A stretch of 63,350 bases of DNA, filler included, from Octopus bimaculoides (lineage: Eukaryota): assembly GCF_001194135.2 (NCBI RefSeq). It is 10 parts of 10 records of this genome, joined end to end, with 100 filler letters (N's around TTAATTAATTAA, not from the genome) between each part and the next. Parts side by side here need not be neighbours in the genome. Positions count along the whole stretch, not along the records: positions 58,903 to 60,643 come from NW_026366416.1; positions 60,744 to 62,047 come from NW_026400682.1; positions 62,148 to 63,350 come from NC_068982.1; 7 more parts are not named here. One strand, given 5' to 3'. The notes beneath the pieces are model-generated. The model saw only the letters and a program-made list of their open reading frames with translations. It searched no databases and was not told the DNA's origin. The translations under genes were made by a program, and so were the position numbers. Positions 60,310-63,350 of this stretch are shown piece by piece. Numbering within the stretch: the first letter of the stretch is position 1; each line of letters opens with the position of its first letter.

Positions 60310-60515
60310 TATGACCTTGCCTGTGCTTGTACCATGCAAAAAGCATTCTGTCCACTCTGTTGGGTGGTCGGTGTTAGGAAGGACATCCAGCTGTAAAAAA
60401 AACTGTTCCAAAACAGACACAGAAGTCTTGTGCAGGATCCTTTCTGGCTAATTCCTGTGAAACCGTCCAACCTATGCCAGCATGGAGGGCGAATGTTAAA
60501 CTATGATGATGATAA
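60310..60515 (+). mobile_element. RTE 3' tail fragment
   Basis: gtaccatgcaaaaagca...ggtgttaggaaggacatccagctgtaaaa...ccaacctatgccagcatgg...(GAT)n. Confidence 0.8.
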
Positions 60516-60819
60516 TGAAGATTGAATAACCTTGTCAGATACGAGTTGGGTGTGGAACTGATTGACTGCTCTCATACCTTTTGGTAATTTCTCATGCCTT
60601 TTGATACACCCTTCAATTGTGTGTATATACATACATATATATANNNNNNNNNNNNNNNNNNNNNNNNNNNNNNNNNNNNNNNNNNNNTTAATTAATTAAN
60701 NNNNNNNNNNNNNNNNNNNNNNNNNNNNNNNNNNNNNNNNNNNAATAACAGTGTAGCAACACGGTGGTGCATCAGCATGGCCGCAGCTCTAAATTGAAAC
60801 TTCAAAAAAAAAAATATAT

Positions 60820-62047
60820 ATATATAATAAATAAAAAAAGATAAATATGTATATAAATAAGAAAAGAAATATAAATATCAATAAAAAATAATTAATGTAT
60901 AATTAAATAAATTAATATATATATATATATAAACAAATAAATATATATATAATTAAATAAATAAATAAATATATAAATATATAAATAAATATATATACTT
61001 ATAAAAAAAGAAATATATATATATATAAATAAAAAAATAAATAAATATATAAAAAAAAATGTGTATAAGTAAATATTCATATAAATAATAAATAAATAAA
61101 AATATAAATAAATATATATATAAATAAATAAATATAAATATATAAATATTAAATAAAAATAATAAATATATATATGTAAAAAAATAAATATATATATAAA
61201 TAAAAAATAAATATATATAAATAAACATATAATAAATATATATATATAAATAAATAAATATATATATAAATAAATAAATATATAAATAAATAAATATATA
61301 AATAAATATATATATAAGTAAATAAATATATAAATAAAAAATAAATAAATAAAAAATAAATAAATATATATATAAATAATTAATATATAAATAAATATAC
61401 ATATAAATAAATAAATATATAAATAAATATATATATAAATAAATAAATATATATATAAATTATTAAAAAATAAAAAAATATATATATAAATAAACAGATA
61501 TATAAATACATGTATAAATTAAAAAATGAATAAAAAATATATGTATAAATAAAAAAAATATATATAATTAATAACTAAACAAATATATATATAAATAAAT
61601 AAATAAATATATATAAATAAATAAATAATTAATAAAAATGAATAAATATATATAAATAAAAAAAAAATTAAATATATAATTAAAAAAGAAAATAAATAAA
61701 TACATATCAATAAATGTATAAATAAATAAATATATATAAATAAATAAATAAATATATATATAAATAAATATATATATATAAATAAAAAATTATATAAAAT
61801 AAGTATAAGTAAATATATAAATAATTAAATATATAATAAATAAATAAATATATATATAAACAAATAATTATATATATAATTAAATAAATAAATATATATA
61901 TAAATAAATAAATATAGACATAAAAAATTAAATAAATATATATATATAAATAAAATAAAAATATATATATAAATAAATATATAAATATATAATTAAAAAA
62001 TATATATATAAATACATAAATAAATACATAATTAAATAAATATATAT
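60820..62047. repeat. ~1.2-kb almost pure A/T low-complexity tract (ATAA/ATAT mixture, A-skewed)
   Basis: Direct reading. Confidence 0.97.
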
Positions 62048-62147
62048 NNNNNNNNNNNNNNNNNNNNNNNNNNNNNNNNNNNNNNNNNNNNTTAATTAAT
62101 TAANNNNNNNNNNNNNNNNNNNNNNNNNNNNNNNNNNNNNNNNNNNN

Positions 62148-62215
62148 AGACAGAAAGAGAGAGAGAGACAGAAAGAGAGAGAGAGACAGAAAGAGAGAGA
62201 GAGACAGAAAGAGAG

Positions 62216-62265
<50 letters not shown>
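62148..62265. repeat. 18-bp unit (GACAGAAAGAGAGAGAGA)x~5 grading into (GA)n
   Basis: CAG recurs at 62151, 62169, 62187, 62205 and 62223. Confidence 0.9.
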
Positions 62266-62270
<5 letters not shown>

Positions 62271-62650
62271 TACTTACACAGTCTCTTGATTGTTTAGAAA
62301 ACGCAGCGAAATCGCCTTCAAATCACCCTGTCACTCACTCACGAAGGCGTATGGCTTGCTAACACGTATGATATTTTCGCTAATTGCCTTAAGTGTGTAT
62401 CTAGTTGCCAGCAGACACAGACCCCCTCTCCATTCACCCATCCTGTAATCACATCCAGAATATGACAGCTGAAGGGATTGAAAGCTGCACCAGTACTCTG
62501 TTGACAAGCATTTTCACCCATATAAACTGAAGCAACGTGAAAGGAAGTGCCTTCGACGCACTTTCCAGTGCAAGAATCGAACCCGCAACATTATGATTGT
62601 GAGACAAATACCTTAACCGTAGTGGTTAGGAATATTTAAATGGTTACTTA

Positions 62651-62807
62651 AGGCAGCGAGCTGGCAGAATCGTGCTCTGGGCAAAACGCTTAGCGGTATT
62701 TCATCCGTCTTTAAGTTCTGCGTTCAAATTGATGTCGATTCTGCCTCTCATCCAGTTGGGATCGATAAAGTAAGTACCAGTTGAAAACTGAGGTCAATGT
62801 AATCGAC
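62651..62807 (+). mobile_element. SINE family A interrupted by (ATAC)n
   Basis: aggcagcgagctggcagaatcg...gcttagcggtatttc...gtaccagttg, then (ATAC)n at 62808-62968. Confidence 0.85.
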
Positions 62808-62984
62808 ATACATACATACATACATACATGCATACATACATGCATACATACATACATACGTACATATGTACATACATACATACATACATACATATGTACA
62901 TACATACGTACATACATACATACATACATACATACATACATACATACATACGTACGTACATACATGCATACAAGTGCACAAATT

Positions 62985-63200
62985 CAAAGCAGGATGGGAA
63001 AGATAGCACTCAAAGGTAGAGTAATATGCTTTTTATCAAGGCCGAAAAAATTCTTCACAAATTGTTTTTCTAAGTTTCGCGTCATCGTTCGTCAAACAGT
63101 TGTGATCAGAGTATGAACACAATTGTTCGAAGAACGGTAACGTGAAACTGTAAGTAAAAGTTTGGGAAGATGTCTTCGGCTTAATAAAAAGTGTGTCTGT
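62985..63200. mobile_element. Inverted pair of family H2 pLTR-like repeats, each with a hammerhead-like motif
   Basis: Minus copy CTGT-TTGACGA-ACG-atga-CGC-GAAA; plus copy TTGT-TCGAAGA-ACG-gtaa-CGT-GAAA-CT-gta-AG-TA; the arms at about 63020-63104 and 63118-63195 are diverged inverted repeats. Confidence 0.7.
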
Positions 63201-63350
63201 ATTCATATATATATATATATATATACATATTTGTTTTGCAAGATTTTTTATGTGAAATCGTGTGTTGAAACAGATGTTGTTGTACTTGGGGACGGTCATA
63301 TTGCCAGTTTAGCCAATAAAAACACACGCACTGTATATTTGGTGTTAATT

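Noticed and set aside
60892-61710. F/I/Y/L-rich ORFs in the AT tract
   Set aside because: Compositional artefact of an almost pure A/T low-complexity repeat.

Overview
Eukaryotic, AT-rich, repeat-dense draft-assembly DNA with many N gaps, most flanked by microsatellites, and nine artificial TTAATTAATTAA linkers. The SINE families, the RTE LINEs with (GAT)n tails and the microsatellite load point to an octopus/cephalopod genome (inference). No intact protein-coding gene, tRNA, rRNA or CRISPR array can be supported, and most listed ORFs are microsatellite or N-gap artefacts. Recognisable content is transposon-derived: a near-full-length but broken RTE LINE (46.8-50.6 kb, minus) plus several RTE relics; Tc1, mariner and two DD37D/maT-type DNA transposon remnants; a Helitron 3' end; a ~557-bp foldback element; an L1/Tx1-like ORF1 with a CCHC knuckle; a Gypsy-type LTR plus gag start; at least three tRNA-derived SINE families; and four fragments of one Penelope-like (PLE) RT lineage. 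The most interesting signals are: (i) several distinct short repeat families carrying minimal hammerhead-ribozyme-like folds with variant cores and palindromic stem III, including an inverted pair; (ii) a PLE RT with an unusually long insertion between motifs A and B', one copy bracketed by inverted pseudo-LTR-like repeats; (iii) a PLE thumb fragment swapped into the RTE ORF at microhomologies; (iv) a CpG-depleted domain (34.3-46.8 kb) and a CpG-rich island (52.5-53.4 kb) with splice signals, hinting at an unidentified host gene. All identities and counts were judged by eye.
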